Shown: in pieces, positions 1 to 7,520 of the stretch
How the letters are laid out: each line of letters starts with the position of its first letter
Numbering within the stretch: the first letter of the stretch is position 1
Assembly (NCBI GenBank): GCA_905373835.1
Contig: CAJPUN010000005.1
Coordinates: forward strand, 34,480-58,479
From: Candidatus Saccharimonadota bacterium
GTDB taxonomy: Bacteria > Patescibacteriota > Saccharimonadia > Saccharimonadales > Saccharimonadaceae
DNA length: 24,000 nt
Reading direction: 5' to 3'
Position numbers and translations under genes: made by a program
The notes under the pieces: model-generated
What the model was told of the DNA's origin: nothing
Databases searched by the model: none
The model's input: the letters and a program-made list of their open reading frames with translations, nothing else

Positions 1-482
1 AATACTACCCGCTCTTTATCGAGGCCATACAGCTTGGCCTTACTCTTGCCAAAGCCCATCGCTTGACTATTCTGTCCCTGGGCTTGGCGCATCATAAACA
101 TAAAGAGAACGCCAAACAATACAACTGACAGGACAATTGGTGCGAGATTCCAAAACAATAGGCCCGTCTGTGACTCATTTTGCACTTTTACCTCTGTTTT
201 GTCGTGCTTGAGTCCTTGGGTATAGATAGTGCCATTCTCTTTGAGGCTGCGCTCGGTCGGCTTAGACTGGCCTTTAGGCGTGACAGTCAGCTCATTGCCT
301 TGGATCTCGATCTTGGCAATTTTGCCATTATTTGCCCGATTCACTACATCCGAGAGCGGCACATCCTTAAGGTTAGCCTGCGGCGAATTAATAGCCCAAA
401 ATGCCAGCACACCCAGTACCACAATCGCCCAAAACAGCCCTAGACGCAGGGCATTGGTCGCTTTCGACGGTTTTTTATTCAT
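1..482 (-). CDS. ftsH: ATP-dependent zinc metalloprotease FtsH, N-terminal part (gene continues beyond window start)
   Basis: Absent from the ORF track because it runs off the edge. Reverse-strand translation from ATG (482-480) is open to position 1: MNKKPSKATNALRLGLFWAIVVLGVLAFWAINSPQANLKDVPLSDVVNRANNGKIAKIEIQGNELTVTPKG...TGLLFWNLAPIVLSVVLFGVLFMFMMRQAQGQNSQAMGFGKSKAKLYGLDKERVV. Two TM helices flank an extracytoplasmic segment, followed by the FtsH-typical 'AMxFGKSKAKLY' stretch. AGGAG (revcomp of 494-498) lies 11 nt upstream. tilS-ftsH adjacency is a common synteny. Confidence 0.85.
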   Translation of the reverse strand, partial: MNKKPSKATNALRLGLFWAIVVLGVLAFWAINSPQANLKDVPLSDVVNRANNGKIAKIEIQGNELTVTPKGQSKPTERSLKENGTIYTQGLKHDKTEVKVQNESQTGLLFWNLAPIVLSVVLFGVLFMFMMRQAQGQNSQAMGFGKSKAKLYGLDKERVV

Positions 483-532
483 CAGGGAACTCACTCCTTT
501 CGTTCGCTTGCATTCTCACACAGTAATCTGAT

Positions 533-1381
533 CTATTGTACCACTTCTACAGTGAATTGCCGAGGGCCAAACTGCAAATACACGCCATCGCCCACCACGT
601 GGCGGCTGCCTGGACGAGCAGTCTTGATGGCTAGTACCGCACGCTCAAGCCGCGGACGGGTTGGGCGCGGCGCACCTGCCCACATAATCATCGCACCCAA
701 TAGTTCCTGAGCGCTTGCTTCGTCAATCATAATCAACCCATGGCGCTGGGCCGCAAACTGCGGCAAGAGGTGTTGCACTTCATCATTAATGGTGTGGCGC
801 AGCGCAAGTTGCCGATCCCGCAGCGCGGTAATCTGCGCCGCCTGCTCTGCCGTAAGGAGCCGCTGAATGGAGCGCCGCAGCCGATTGCGCGTGTAGCGGT
901 CACTCGCATTCGTCTCATCTTCTACCCATTCCAGGCGATGAGCCAGTGCATAGGCGCGAATATCTGCCTTGCGCCAGCCCAGTAGTGGCCGCTCCACCCC
1001 AGGGCGACTCAGCACAGCAAGCCCACGCCAGCCCGTCCCACGCACCAGGTTAAGCGCCACTGTTTCTACTAAATCGTCCAAGTGATGTGCTGTTACCACT
1101 GGTGCTTGGTATTGCGCTGCTGTATCGAGCAAAAAATCATACCGAGCCTCTCGCGCTGCTGCTTCGCTCGCATTCGGCCCAAGCTTAAGCTGAGTAGACA
1201 CAAAGGGTAGTCCATAGCGCGCCGCCAATGCCGCCACAAAGCGCGCATCTGCTGCCGATGCTTCGCCCCGGATTCCGTGATCGACATGCGCCACAATCAA
1301 CGGCTCCGTCGCCTGCGCCGCCATCACATCCAAGAGCACCACACTATCCACACCACCAGACACTGCAACAAGATATGCCAT
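533..1381 (-). CDS. tilS: tRNA(Ile)-lysidine synthase (short form, PP-loop ATPase)
   Basis: 282-aa ORF. N-terminal PP-loop 'VAVSGGVDSVVLLDV' (SGGxDS), 'HVDHGIRGEAS' and 'VTAHHLDDLVETVALNLVRGTG' fit the TilS N-domain pattern. TATACT (revcomp of 1388-1393) sits 6 nt upstream of the ATG, with no SD. Confidence 0.9.
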   Translation of the reverse strand: MAYLVAVSGGVDSVVLLDVMAAQATEPLIVAHVDHGIRGEASAADARFVAALAARYGLPFVSTQLKLGPNASEAAAREARYDFLLDTAAQYQAPVVTAHHLDDLVETVALNLVRGTGWRGLAVLSRPGVERPLLGWRKADIRAYALAHRLEWVEDETNASDRYTRNRLRRSIQRLLTAEQAAQITALRDRQLALRHTINDEVQHLLPQFAAQRHGLIMIDEASAQELLGAMIMWAGAPRPTRPRLERAVLAIKTARPGSRHVVGDGVYLQFGPRQFTVEVVQ

Positions 1382-1450
1382 GGCAATAGTATATTCATTT
1401 TGCCAAGAGGAGTAAATACTAGTTTTATTATGTGTAATATGCTAGGCATA

Positions 1451-1535
1451 AGACACAAAACAAGCCGCCCGGGAGGAGGAACGGCGGCTTGCATAATAGA
1501 GGAGGAGGTAGCGTGTGCTACTACGGGTAGTATGC
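1451..1535 (-). ncRNA. Candidate small RNA: stem-loop, CU-rich single strand, and terminator hairpin with a CCUCCUCC loop
   Basis: On the minus strand: CATACT -10-like box (revcomp about 1531-1536); 5-bp hairpin GUAGC-ACAC-GCUAC (1508-1521); CCUCCUCCUCU (revcomp 1498-1508); then a perfect 9-bp hairpin CAAGCCGCC/GGCGGCUUG (1461-1491) with loop GUUCCUCCUCCCG, followed by UUUUGUGUCUU (1451-1460). No ORF of useful length on either strand. The promoter is weakly supported. Confidence 0.25.
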
Positions 1536-1955
1536 CCCGCCTTACTTAAATAGAGCTGAAAGTGGATACTTTTTGCTATTTTAGCAATATACCGATGTAA
1601 GCCAGCGCGGCGGAGTCTTCACCAGCGAGCTTCTTGTAGGCTCTAAAGTCTCGCAATGTGGTCACGGCTTTTCGTAATATACAGCAAAGCAATAGGCCAC
1701 ACTCTATATAATATGCACCATAACATTCTCTGTTTTTATGAAGAATACGGTAGTATATTCAATTTTTCCTTTTTCTCCTAATTGCTCAGGCTTTAGCAAT
1801 TTCCACTCTTTTCCTCTATACCGCTCTACTCTCAGAAGTAGCAGAGAATAAAAAAACTAATCCGGTAGTGTCGAGCTAAAAAAGCTCAAACTCCTAGATT
1901 ATTAAGCAGCCAAAACTAAGAAGGTGAAGATGCCTCAGCTACAAAACAGATCTCT

Positions 1956-3344
1956 CTACTTACGGGATAATTTGCTTGCCGCAGTCCGCACTGCCTCGCT
2001 CCACGTTAAGAAAACATGTGGGAGCTCTGCCAGCTGCTCAGCAGTGAGGTCGTGTTTAATGGCGAGAGTGACCTCTTGGATGAGCTCACTAGCACGCGGA
2101 GCAACAATTGTCCCGCCGAGCAATACCCCTTGTTTGTCGCTAATCAGCTTGACGAACCCCTCACGGAAGTCACTTGTATTGCTGCGGGCAATCATCCCGA
2201 GCGGCACCAACACCTTATTAATCTTGAGGTCGCGCTTAATACAGTCATCTTCATTAAAGCCCACACTGGCTACCTCTGGATAAATGAAGGTAGCGCGCGG
2301 CACTAACTCGTAGTCGAGCGTCATTTGCGATTTGGGGTGAAGGATGTTGTGCGCTGTTAGCCGGCCCTCGCTCAAGACGGTGTGGGTTGGCACATCATTA
2401 CCTAGCACATGGCCCGCCGCATAAATATGCCGCACGTTGGTTTGGAAGAATTGGTTGACCTCAACACCGCCATCAGGCGAATACGTTACCTCAGCATTAT
2501 CAAGCCCAATATCAATGGTTGGCTCTGGCTTGGTTGCTACCAAAACACGCTCTACTTCCATCGTCCGCTCAATACCACCACGGATATATTGGACGATCAC
2601 ATTACCACTTGGGCCACGCATGAGGGAGCGAATCGTCGTTTGCGTTAGGACCGACAGTGGTTGGTCACGCTGCAGGAGGCTGCTCACCGCCTCACTTACC
2701 TCTTCGTCCTCAGTTGGCAAAATGCGCGATGACTGCTCTGCCACCGACACCGTACTACCAAAGGTCGCAAAGAAATGCGCTAGCTCAATCGCCGTCGTCG
2801 TCGCACCAATGATCAACAGGCTGCGAGGCGGGCGGCTCAGCTTGAGGGCGGTGCGTGGTGTGAGCCAATCGATCGTCTCAATGCCCGCAATCGCTGGCTG
2901 GGTCACATGCGCCCCTGTTGCGATCAAGATATGCCCCGCCGTTACTTCATGGTCGCCAATCGTCACGGTGTGCTGGTCGCGTAAAACACCTTTGCCGTAG
3001 AATGTGTCAATCCCTTGTTGGTTATAATAGTGCTCATTATCACCCGCACCAGTCCGCTCTACCACTGTATTTTTCCAGTGCTGGATGGCTGGGTAGTCAA
3101 AATCCACTCGCGATGTATCGAGCCCAAACTGGTGACCACGTTGGATGCGATTGTAGAGTTGTGCCACACCCATTAGCGTCTTGATGGGGATATCTCCCCA
3201 ATTGGGTGTTTCACCACCAAAGGTGTCTGACTCAATCAGCCCCACCTTCTTATCTGCCCGGGCTGCCACCAACGCTGCAGTACTGCCAGCTGCACCACTA
3301 CCCAGCACCAACAAATCATAATCGTAGCGTGGTCGTCGTATCAT
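1956..3344 (-). CDS. FAD-dependent pyridine nucleotide-disulfide oxidoreductase fold, dihydrolipoamide dehydrogenase-like, active-site cysteines absent
   Basis: 462-aa ORF. N-terminal FAD GxGxxG 'LVLGSGAAGSTAA'. Overall Lpd-like architecture, including a C-terminal dimerisation region ('LPHVFLTWSEAV'). AAGGAGA SD 8 nt upstream (revcomp of 3353-3359). The canonical 'GGxCLNxGCIPSK' reads 'GGETPNWGDIPIK' here. Confidence 0.85.
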   Translation of the reverse strand: MIRRPRYDYDLLVLGSGAAGSTAALVAARADKKVGLIESDTFGGETPNWGDIPIKTLMGVAQLYNRIQRGHQFGLDTSRVDFDYPAIQHWKNTVVERTGAGDNEHYYNQQGIDTFYGKGVLRDQHTVTIGDHEVTAGHILIATGAHVTQPAIAGIETIDWLTPRTALKLSRPPRSLLIIGATTTAIELAHFFATFGSTVSVAEQSSRILPTEDEEVSEAVSSLLQRDQPLSVLTQTTIRSLMRGPSGNVIVQYIRGGIERTMEVERVLVATKPEPTIDIGLDNAEVTYSPDGGVEVNQFFQTNVRHIYAAGHVLGNDVPTHTVLSEGRLTAHNILHPKSQMTLDYELVPRATFIYPEVASVGFNEDDCIKRDLKINKVLVPLGMIARSNTSDFREGFVKLISDKQGVLLGGTIVAPRASELIQEVTLAIKHDLTAEQLAELPHVFLTWSEAVRTAASKLSRK

Positions 3345-3475
3345 GTGGTGGTTCTCCTTAACTCCTGATTGGGCGTTTTCTCTATTATACCACTGGCCTG
3401 GGCAAAAAAGAACGCCAAAACACTCGCCTGAGCCCTAGCCTTCTTGCCAATTCTCTGCTATAATGCGTCATGTTT

Positions 3476-3552
3476 GGCACCGTAGCTCAGCCGGTTAGAG
3501 CGCAGGACTCATAAGCCTGAGGTCACTGGTTCGATCCCAGTCGGTGCTACCA
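3476..3552 (+). tRNA. tRNA-Met (anticodon CAT), elongator type
   Basis: Full cloverleaf by eye: acceptor GGCACCG/CGGTGCT (G1-U72 wobble), D arm GCTC..GAGC, anticodon stem CAGGA/GCCTG with loop CTCATAA, T arm ACTGG-TTCGATC-CCAGT, encoded CCA. D and T arms resemble E. coli metT as recalled. TATAAT at 3459-3464. Confidence 0.93.
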
Positions 3553-3563
3553 GATATGATAGG

Positions 3564-3590
3564 CGGCGTACGATGAGTGCGCCGTTTTTT
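3564..3590 (+). terminator. Rho-independent terminator after tRNA-Met
   Basis: 8-bp stem CGGCGTAC/GTGCGCCG (3564-3571 / 3577-3584, one G-U pair), 5-nt loop, followed by TTTTTT (3585-3590). Confidence 0.8.
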
Positions 3591-3779
3591 ACTTATGATC
3601 ACTACCTAGCTCCAGTGTATAAGTGAATACCATAAAGAAATATTCAGTCTTGGGATCGAGACAAAAAGCATGCGAGGATAGGGTGCAATGGAGTACGGAA
3701 TGCCTAATCACTCATCGCGTGCATCATCCTCTATAATCAAAAGCACCTCAGGTACATCGCCCAAGGTGCTTTCGATCGT

Positions 3780-3896
3780 TTAGAGTTCTACCTCTGCTAA
3801 TTTGCTGTGGCGCGCGGCAATGAATGCCCGCAGCTCTGCCATACTACGCGACCGATTCCAGGTGGCGAGTATGGTTTCTTTCGTCTTTTTTCGCAT
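3780..3896 (-). CDS. Hypothetical 38-aa protein (below the ORF-track length cutoff)
   Basis: ATG at 3896-3894 preceded by GAGGG 6 nt upstream. Translation MRKKTKETILATWNRSRSMAELRAFIAARHSKLAEVEL, stop at 3782-3780. A 7-bp hairpin AAGCACC/GGTGCTT (3741-3771) plus a U-rich tail lies immediately downstream on the same strand. No recognisable family. Confidence 0.3.
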   Translation of the reverse strand: MRKKTKETILATWNRSRSMAELRAFIAARHSKLAEVEL

Positions 3897-4302
3897 ATCT
3901 ACCCTCTTTTTTGTGTTGTCATTATCGACCTACCTCGATCCTAGCATATATACGAACAAAATGCAAACAAATTATTTCTTATTTTAGTTTTTTTGTTTAT
4001 CCCTGTTATCTCGGTATCCCTCACCATTCTAGGGCGGCCCTTTGCTTGTCGTGCTTTACGCCACCTCTCAGGCTATTTTGTTACCTCTCCCACGCGCTTG
4101 CCCCTAAATCGTTCACCAAGATGACCCGAGCCATTGCTGGCTACATCAGAGATATGCACAACGCTCACTGGTTCATGCCTGAAGTGAGACTCCACCAACT
4201 CGCATAGCACTCATGGCATACTGCTAACCATCAGTAGTAGGGCTAATAGGGTGCTGAGACCAGCGCCAAACTTATTCTTCTTTCCACCTTCCCAAGACAC
4301 CA

Positions 4303-4330
4303 AAGCAAAAACCCTACCGTGTGGTAGGGT
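4303..4330 (-). terminator. Rho-independent terminator after tRNA-fMet
   Basis: Minus strand: ACCCTACC-ACAC-GGTAGGGT (perfect 8-bp stem, 4311-4330) followed by TTTTGCTTTG, 8 nt after the tRNA 3' end. Confidence 0.85.
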
Positions 4331-4337
4331 TCTTACC

Positions 4338-4416
<79 letters not shown>

Positions 4417-4427
4417 TTATGGTTCTT

Positions 4428-4457
4428 ATTCTACCAGTGAGGAATGCCAGTTGTCAA
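4428..4457 (-). promoter_or_regulatory. Sigma70-type promoter for tRNA-fMet
   Basis: Minus strand TTGACA (4457-4452), 18-nt spacer, TAGAAT (4433-4428), with 11 nt to the mature tRNA 5' end. Confidence 0.6.
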
Positions 4458-4499
4458 GGATTTACCACCTGAATGTCAAAATTTCCGCTCCCCCACTTG

Positions 4500-4958
4500 C
4501 TATTTATCCTTTTGCTGAGCCTGCTCGGCTGCACCACCAAAGAGGAAGGTCACCCACTGCTCGAAGTTACTACTCTGTGTATCGGGGTTGGTAGGCTTAT
4601 CGGTTGGTGGATCGTGTGCCTCAGCACTATTCTTAGGTAGCACGATCACCTTCTCGCCAGGCGCCACCAAGCCAAGCTTCTCGCGGGCAGCAAGCTCTTT
4701 GTACTCGTCACTCTCGCGGAAATTCTTTTGGTATTGCAGCGTTTGTGTCTCAAGCTCGGTGAGGACGAGCTGCCGCCGTTTCGTCTCTAGCTCGCGCTGC
4801 TGCGTATAGTTCTGCTGGAGACGTGCCACCGACTGCCAGGCAAGGTATATCGCAATCACGAGCGCAAGCGCCAGCACAATGGTATTGAGCTGGAGATAAT
4901 CATGCTTGATCTTGTAGATGATGTGGCGCTTGGTAGTGTCGCTGAACACAAACTTCAT
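4500..4958 (-). CDS. Septum formation initiator family protein (FtsB/DivIC-like)
   Basis: 152 aa. A single N-terminal TM helix (LNTIVLALALVIAIYLAW) is followed by a coiled coil (LQQNYTQQRELETKRRQLVLTELETQTLQ) and the family-typical 'EYKELAAREKLGLVAPGEKVIVLP'. TATAAT (revcomp 4967-4972) sits 8 nt upstream of the ATG. Confidence 0.8.
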   Translation of the reverse strand: MKFVFSDTTKRHIIYKIKHDYLQLNTIVLALALVIAIYLAWQSVARLQQNYTQQRELETKRRQLVLTELETQTLQYQKNFRESDEYKELAAREKLGLVAPGEKVIVLPKNSAEAHDPPTDKPTNPDTQSSNFEQWVTFLFGGAAEQAQQKDK

Positions 4959-5096
4959 AGGCTTCTATTATACCGTAGACCGCGCAGTTGCTGCAAAAGC
5001 TGCGGTCAGCAAAAAACATGCCGCGCACCACAATTTTGGTTAAAAATCGCTCATAGACTTGCCAGGTGTCGACCTCTGTGCTATAACCAATGCAAG

Positions 5097-5711
5097 ATGA
5101 CACATATACAACCTTCTCATAGGGCTGTGCTTGAGAGCAGTCCAGTGTTACCAGTAACACCAGAAACGGTAGTTCGTGCTGCGACACATGCAGCAGCACG
5201 GGTAGGCCAACTAGCGATACAAGGCAAGTTATTTGATGACAGCACTATTCCTCATTCGGCCGATCATGAACAAACCGAACCTATACCCGCAATACACCCC
5301 AACACTCATACCACAGATGGTTCTACCTCTGAAATGCAGCCAAAGCGGCCTACATTTGATGATCTCCTTGCCCGACAACGCTCCGTTAATGCGCTTGAGC
5401 GCAAACGCACTCGTCATTCTACTCCCGAACTTATCAATGCTTGGCGAGAGCTCGATCACGCCATTGCCAACCATCTCTTTGGCATGTCACCACAAGAATA
5501 TGAAAAGTGCCGTACTGAGGCGACAGAGCAATTCTATGCAATCGTTGCATACCGCCGAAAAGTGCGTGATGCTACTAAAGCCACTCACCCTTCTCAAACC
5601 ACCGCTCAGCGCAGCAACAGGCCACGACGCAATGAGTCAAAGGAAAAGATTGACTCGCGCTCCGCTGCTGCCGGCGAAGGCGTCCGGAGCCTTAGTAAAC
5701 TCGACTACTAG
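5097..5711 (+). CDS. Hypothetical protein (204 aa)
   Basis: The track ORF 4902-5711 is trimmed to the internal ATG at 5097 (MTHIQPSHRAV...), because the upstream 65 codons overlap the FtsB-like gene antisense and look like junk. TATAAC at 5082-5087 sits 9 nt upstream. The C-terminal half has plausible helical composition (ELINAWRELDHAIANHLFGMSPQEYEKCRTEATEQFYAIVAYRRKV). No family recognised. Confidence 0.5.
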   Translation: MTHIQPSHRAVLESSPVLPVTPETVVRAATHAAARVGQLAIQGKLFDDSTIPHSADHEQTEPIPAIHPNTHTTDGSTSEMQPKRPTFDDLLARQRSVNALERKRTRHSTPELINAWRELDHAIANHLFGMSPQEYEKCRTEATEQFYAIVAYRRKVRDATKATHPSQTTAQRSNRPRRNESKEKIDSRSAAAGEGVRSLSKLDY

Positions 5712-5755
5712 TAGCATATACGCCAACAATACGGTATAATGTGACAAGTAGATCT

Positions 5756-5831
5756 GGGGGCGTAGCTCAGTGGTCAGAGCAGCGGGCTCATAACCTGTTG
5801 GTCGCTGGTTCAAGTCCAGCCGCCCCCACCA
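5756..5831 (+). tRNA. tRNA with CAT anticodon, probably tRNA-Ile2 (lysidine-modified, TilS substrate)
   Basis: GGGGGCGTAGCTCAGTGGTCAGAGCAGCGGGCTCATAACCTGTTGGTCGCTGGTTCAAGTCCAGCCGCCCCCACCA gives a clean cloverleaf with loop CTCATAA. D arm and T arm (GGTCGCTGGTTCAAGTCCAGC) match E. coli ileX as recalled from memory. TATAAT at 5735-5740. Confidence is for the tRNA call; the Ile2 versus Met assignment is less certain (about 0.6). Confidence 0.93.
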
Positions 5832-5850
5832 TTGCAAAGCTTAGTCATAG

Positions 5851-5873
5851 CACGCCCATAATGGCGTGTTTTT
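5851..5873 (+). terminator. Rho-independent terminator after the third tRNA
   Basis: CACGCC-CATAAT-GGCGTG perfect 6-bp stem followed by TTTTT (5869-5873). Confidence 0.8.
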
Positions 5874-5901
5874 AGTACGCGCAAACGGTATTAATAGGAC
5901 T

Positions 5902-6031
5902 ATGAGCAACACAACTAACCGTGTAGACTATATCGAGCTTCCAGACCGAGATGCTACGAAGTTGGCTACAGTAAAAGCGCTTTTATCTTCAAGACCCAGC
6001 AGGTAATACCCTTGCAGCTTGGTTGGAGTAA
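5902..6031 (+). pseudogene. Remnant of a VOC/glyoxalase-family gene (internal deletion plus frameshift)
   Basis: ATG at 5902 gives MSNTTNRVDYIELPDRDATKLATVKALLSSRPSR*, stop at 6004-6006. 'VDYIELPxxDxxxAxxxK' looks like a VOC N-terminal beta1-alpha1. Shifting one nucleotide at the T-run 5981-5984 continues as FYLQDPAGNTLAAWLE* (stop at 6029-6031), which resembles the 'FY' and the C-terminal 'FxDPxGNxxE' VOC motifs. An intact VOC gene lies 290 nt downstream. Confidence 0.35.
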
Positions 6032-6127
6032 TCACTAGTAATCTTACGATTATATTATCAACATCATACTATTGCTTATTGCAAAACTTCATTTCATATA
6101 ATCGTTACCTTCTGCTATACTACGGCT

Positions 6128-6313
6128 ATGAAGAACAAAAAATTATCCGACAAGATCATCATTGCATGGCTGGCAGTGCTTACCATCGGCCTCCTGTCGC
6201 TTATCGGCTGGGCCGTAGCACTGCAAAACAACTACCACAGCGCAGTCGACTCGCTTGGTAAGCAAGTGTTTGACCTTCAGGTGCAGCTTAATCAAAAGAG
6301 TCAGCAGAAATAA
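6128..6313 (+). CDS. Small membrane-anchored protein (61 aa)
   Basis: MKNKKLSDK, then a TM helix IIIAWLAVLTIGLLSLIGWAVAL, then a short coiled-coil tail. TATACT at 6116-6121 sits 6 nt upstream of the ATG. It ends 5 nt before the VOC gene. Confidence 0.5.
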   Translation: MKNKKLSDKIIIAWLAVLTIGLLSLIGWAVALQNNYHSAVDSLGKQVFDLQVQLNQKSQQK

Positions 6314-6318
6314 CCACC

Positions 6319-6759
6319 ATGCCCGTCCTCCATCACATCGCGCTCTCAGTGCGCAGCGCTACTGCAAGCATCCAGTTCTACAAGCGCCTTGGCTTCACTG
6401 AGGCAGTTGTGTGGCATGCACCAGATGGTACGTTGAGTATTCATCAGCTGATAGACTTCAGTGGTGTAATCCTCGAGCTCTTTGCCTATGCCCACAATAC
6501 GCATCAACCACAAGCACAGCCAGCAATTGGCAATGACCTCGAAACAGTCGGCGTCAAGCACATTGGCTTCAGTGTTGATAATCTCGACGAGTTTCACGCA
6601 GCAGCTCTTAGCTGGAGTGAGCCAACTGACATTGTCATGGGACGAACTGGCCTTCGCTACTGCTTCATCAAGGACCCAGACGGCAACTGGGTGGAAATTG
6701 TTGAAGACAAGCGCAACCTCGCACCAGGTATGGCAGTCGTGGATATGTCGTCGTTATAA
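6319..6759 (+). CDS. VOC family protein (glyoxalase I / lactoylglutathione lyase-like)
   Basis: 146 aa. 'LHHIALSVRSATASIQFYKRLGF', 'GVKHIGFSVDNLDEF' and the C-terminal 'RYCFIKDPDGNWVEIVE' form the paired beta-alpha-beta-beta-beta VOC pattern with metal-ligand His/Glu positions. Confidence 0.85.
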   Translation: MPVLHHIALSVRSATASIQFYKRLGFTEAVVWHAPDGTLSIHQLIDFSGVILELFAYAHNTHQPQAQPAIGNDLETVGVKHIGFSVDNLDEFHAAALSWSEPTDIVMGRTGLRYCFIKDPDGNWVEIVEDKRNLAPGMAVVDMSSL

Positions 6760-6782
6760 TACTTAGCCAGCAAAGGAGGAAT

Positions 6783-7520
6783 ATGCCTCATTCAGTCATG
6801 CTCACTCAACTCGCCAACAGTGGCTGGACCCAGTACCCATCAATTGCTTGTGCCTTAGCCGAAGCTGGTATTCCTGTACCAACTGAAGCTTATCTACGGA
6901 GCGCCTTTGACACATCGGTCTGGGATACGGTTGCAACGCTATCTAGCGATCTGTCACGACACTTCCAGAGCCGCCCCTTCGCTGAGGAGGCTATTTATGG
7001 CCCACTCCTGGTACCGCACGCCCGTTTATTTGATGTGCGCCGATCTCAAAGCAGACATGTCCGCAGCAGCCAACCTGAGATAACCAAGCCAGACTTCGTC
7101 GACGAGCGTCTTCCTCTTGGCGCTGACCATACTGACCTTGCAGCTCCTTGGACACTATTTGTCACCATTATCTCTGATGCTGGCCTAGCAATGGGCAGTT
7201 ACAACGATATCACCGCACAGCCCAGGAATATATACACCGTCAACGGCTCCGACACGCGCCAACTGATGACCCGGCAACTATGGTGTGCGCTCGTCTTGCA
7301 AAATCTCCAAGCACCAGACTGCGAACAACGCAAGCGCTGGACGAGTACGCTCTTTGCCGGTGAAGCATTGACTGATGGCAGCGCTGTCTCCGGGACAGTC
7401 TTGCATGGCCAAGTGCGCCAACGTCTCGGCAAAGCCACTCGTGGTAGTTCGCCAATGCGCGTTCGTCCGGCACTGCATGTGGGGAGCGCTGCACCAATGC
7501 ATAACATGTCATATAGCTAA
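6783..7520 (+). CDS. Hypothetical protein (245 aa), no recognisable family
   Basis: Near-perfect SD AAAGGAGGAAT immediately upstream of the ATG. Same strand and 23 nt after the VOC gene. Long open frame with no TM or signal peptide. The antisense ORFs at 7199-7512 are shadows. Confidence 0.65.
   Translation: MPHSVMLTQLANSGWTQYPSIACALAEAGIPVPTEAYLRSAFDTSVWDTVATLSSDLSRHFQSRPFAEEAIYGPLLVPHARLFDVRRSQSRHVRSSQPEITKPDFVDERLPLGADHTDLAAPWTLFVTIISDAGLAMGSYNDITAQPRNIYTVNGSDTRQLMTRQLWCALVLQNLQAPDCEQRKRWTSTLFAGEALTDGSAVSGTVLHGQVRQRLGKATRGSSPMRVRPALHVGSAAPMHNMSYS

Noticed and set aside
180-531. Plus-strand ORFs 180-443 and 229-531
   Set aside because: They lie antisense to the clearly recognisable ftsH reading frame (minus strand, 482 down to 1). 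They have low-complexity junk composition and no RBS.
1277-1549. Plus-strand 90-aa ORF
   Set aside because: It overlaps the tilS N-terminus antisense and runs into the non-coding gap. It is His/Arg-rich junk with no start signals.
1924-3184. Several plus-strand ORFs (1924-2283, 2016-2306, 2409-2648, 2437-3000, 2918-3184)
   Set aside because: All lie antisense within the Lpd-like gene, whose frame has clear family motifs. They are typical shadow ORFs.
3802-4207. Plus-strand ORFs of 61 and 127 aa
   Set aside because: They have Cys/Phe/Ser-rich low-complexity translations and no RBS or -10 box. The 3802 and 3824 frames overlap the better-supported minus-strand 38-aa ORF. The region is treated as non-coding.
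1382-4300. Checked the large gaps (1382-1955, 3897-4300) for RNase P RNA, tmRNA and SRP RNA signature motifs (GAGGAAAGUCC, a tRNA-like 3' end with a GGGG 5' end, GGAAGCAGCC)
   Set aside because: None of the signature motifs is present on either strand.
4902-5096. 5' extension of the 269-aa ORF (track start 4902)
   Set aside because: The first 65 codons overlap the FtsB-like gene on the opposite strand and look non-protein-like. The ORF was trimmed to ATG 5097, which has a -10-like box upstream.
5229-5837. ORFs 5229-5474(-), 5233-5739(+) and 5637-5837(-)
   Set aside because: These are alternative-frame or antisense ORFs of the 5097-5711 gene. The last one runs through the tRNA gene at 5756-5831.
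7199-7512. Three overlapping minus-strand ORFs
   Set aside because: They lie antisense to the SD-supported 6783-7520 gene in a locally GC-rich stretch, and they are Arg/Cys/Ala-rich shadow frames.
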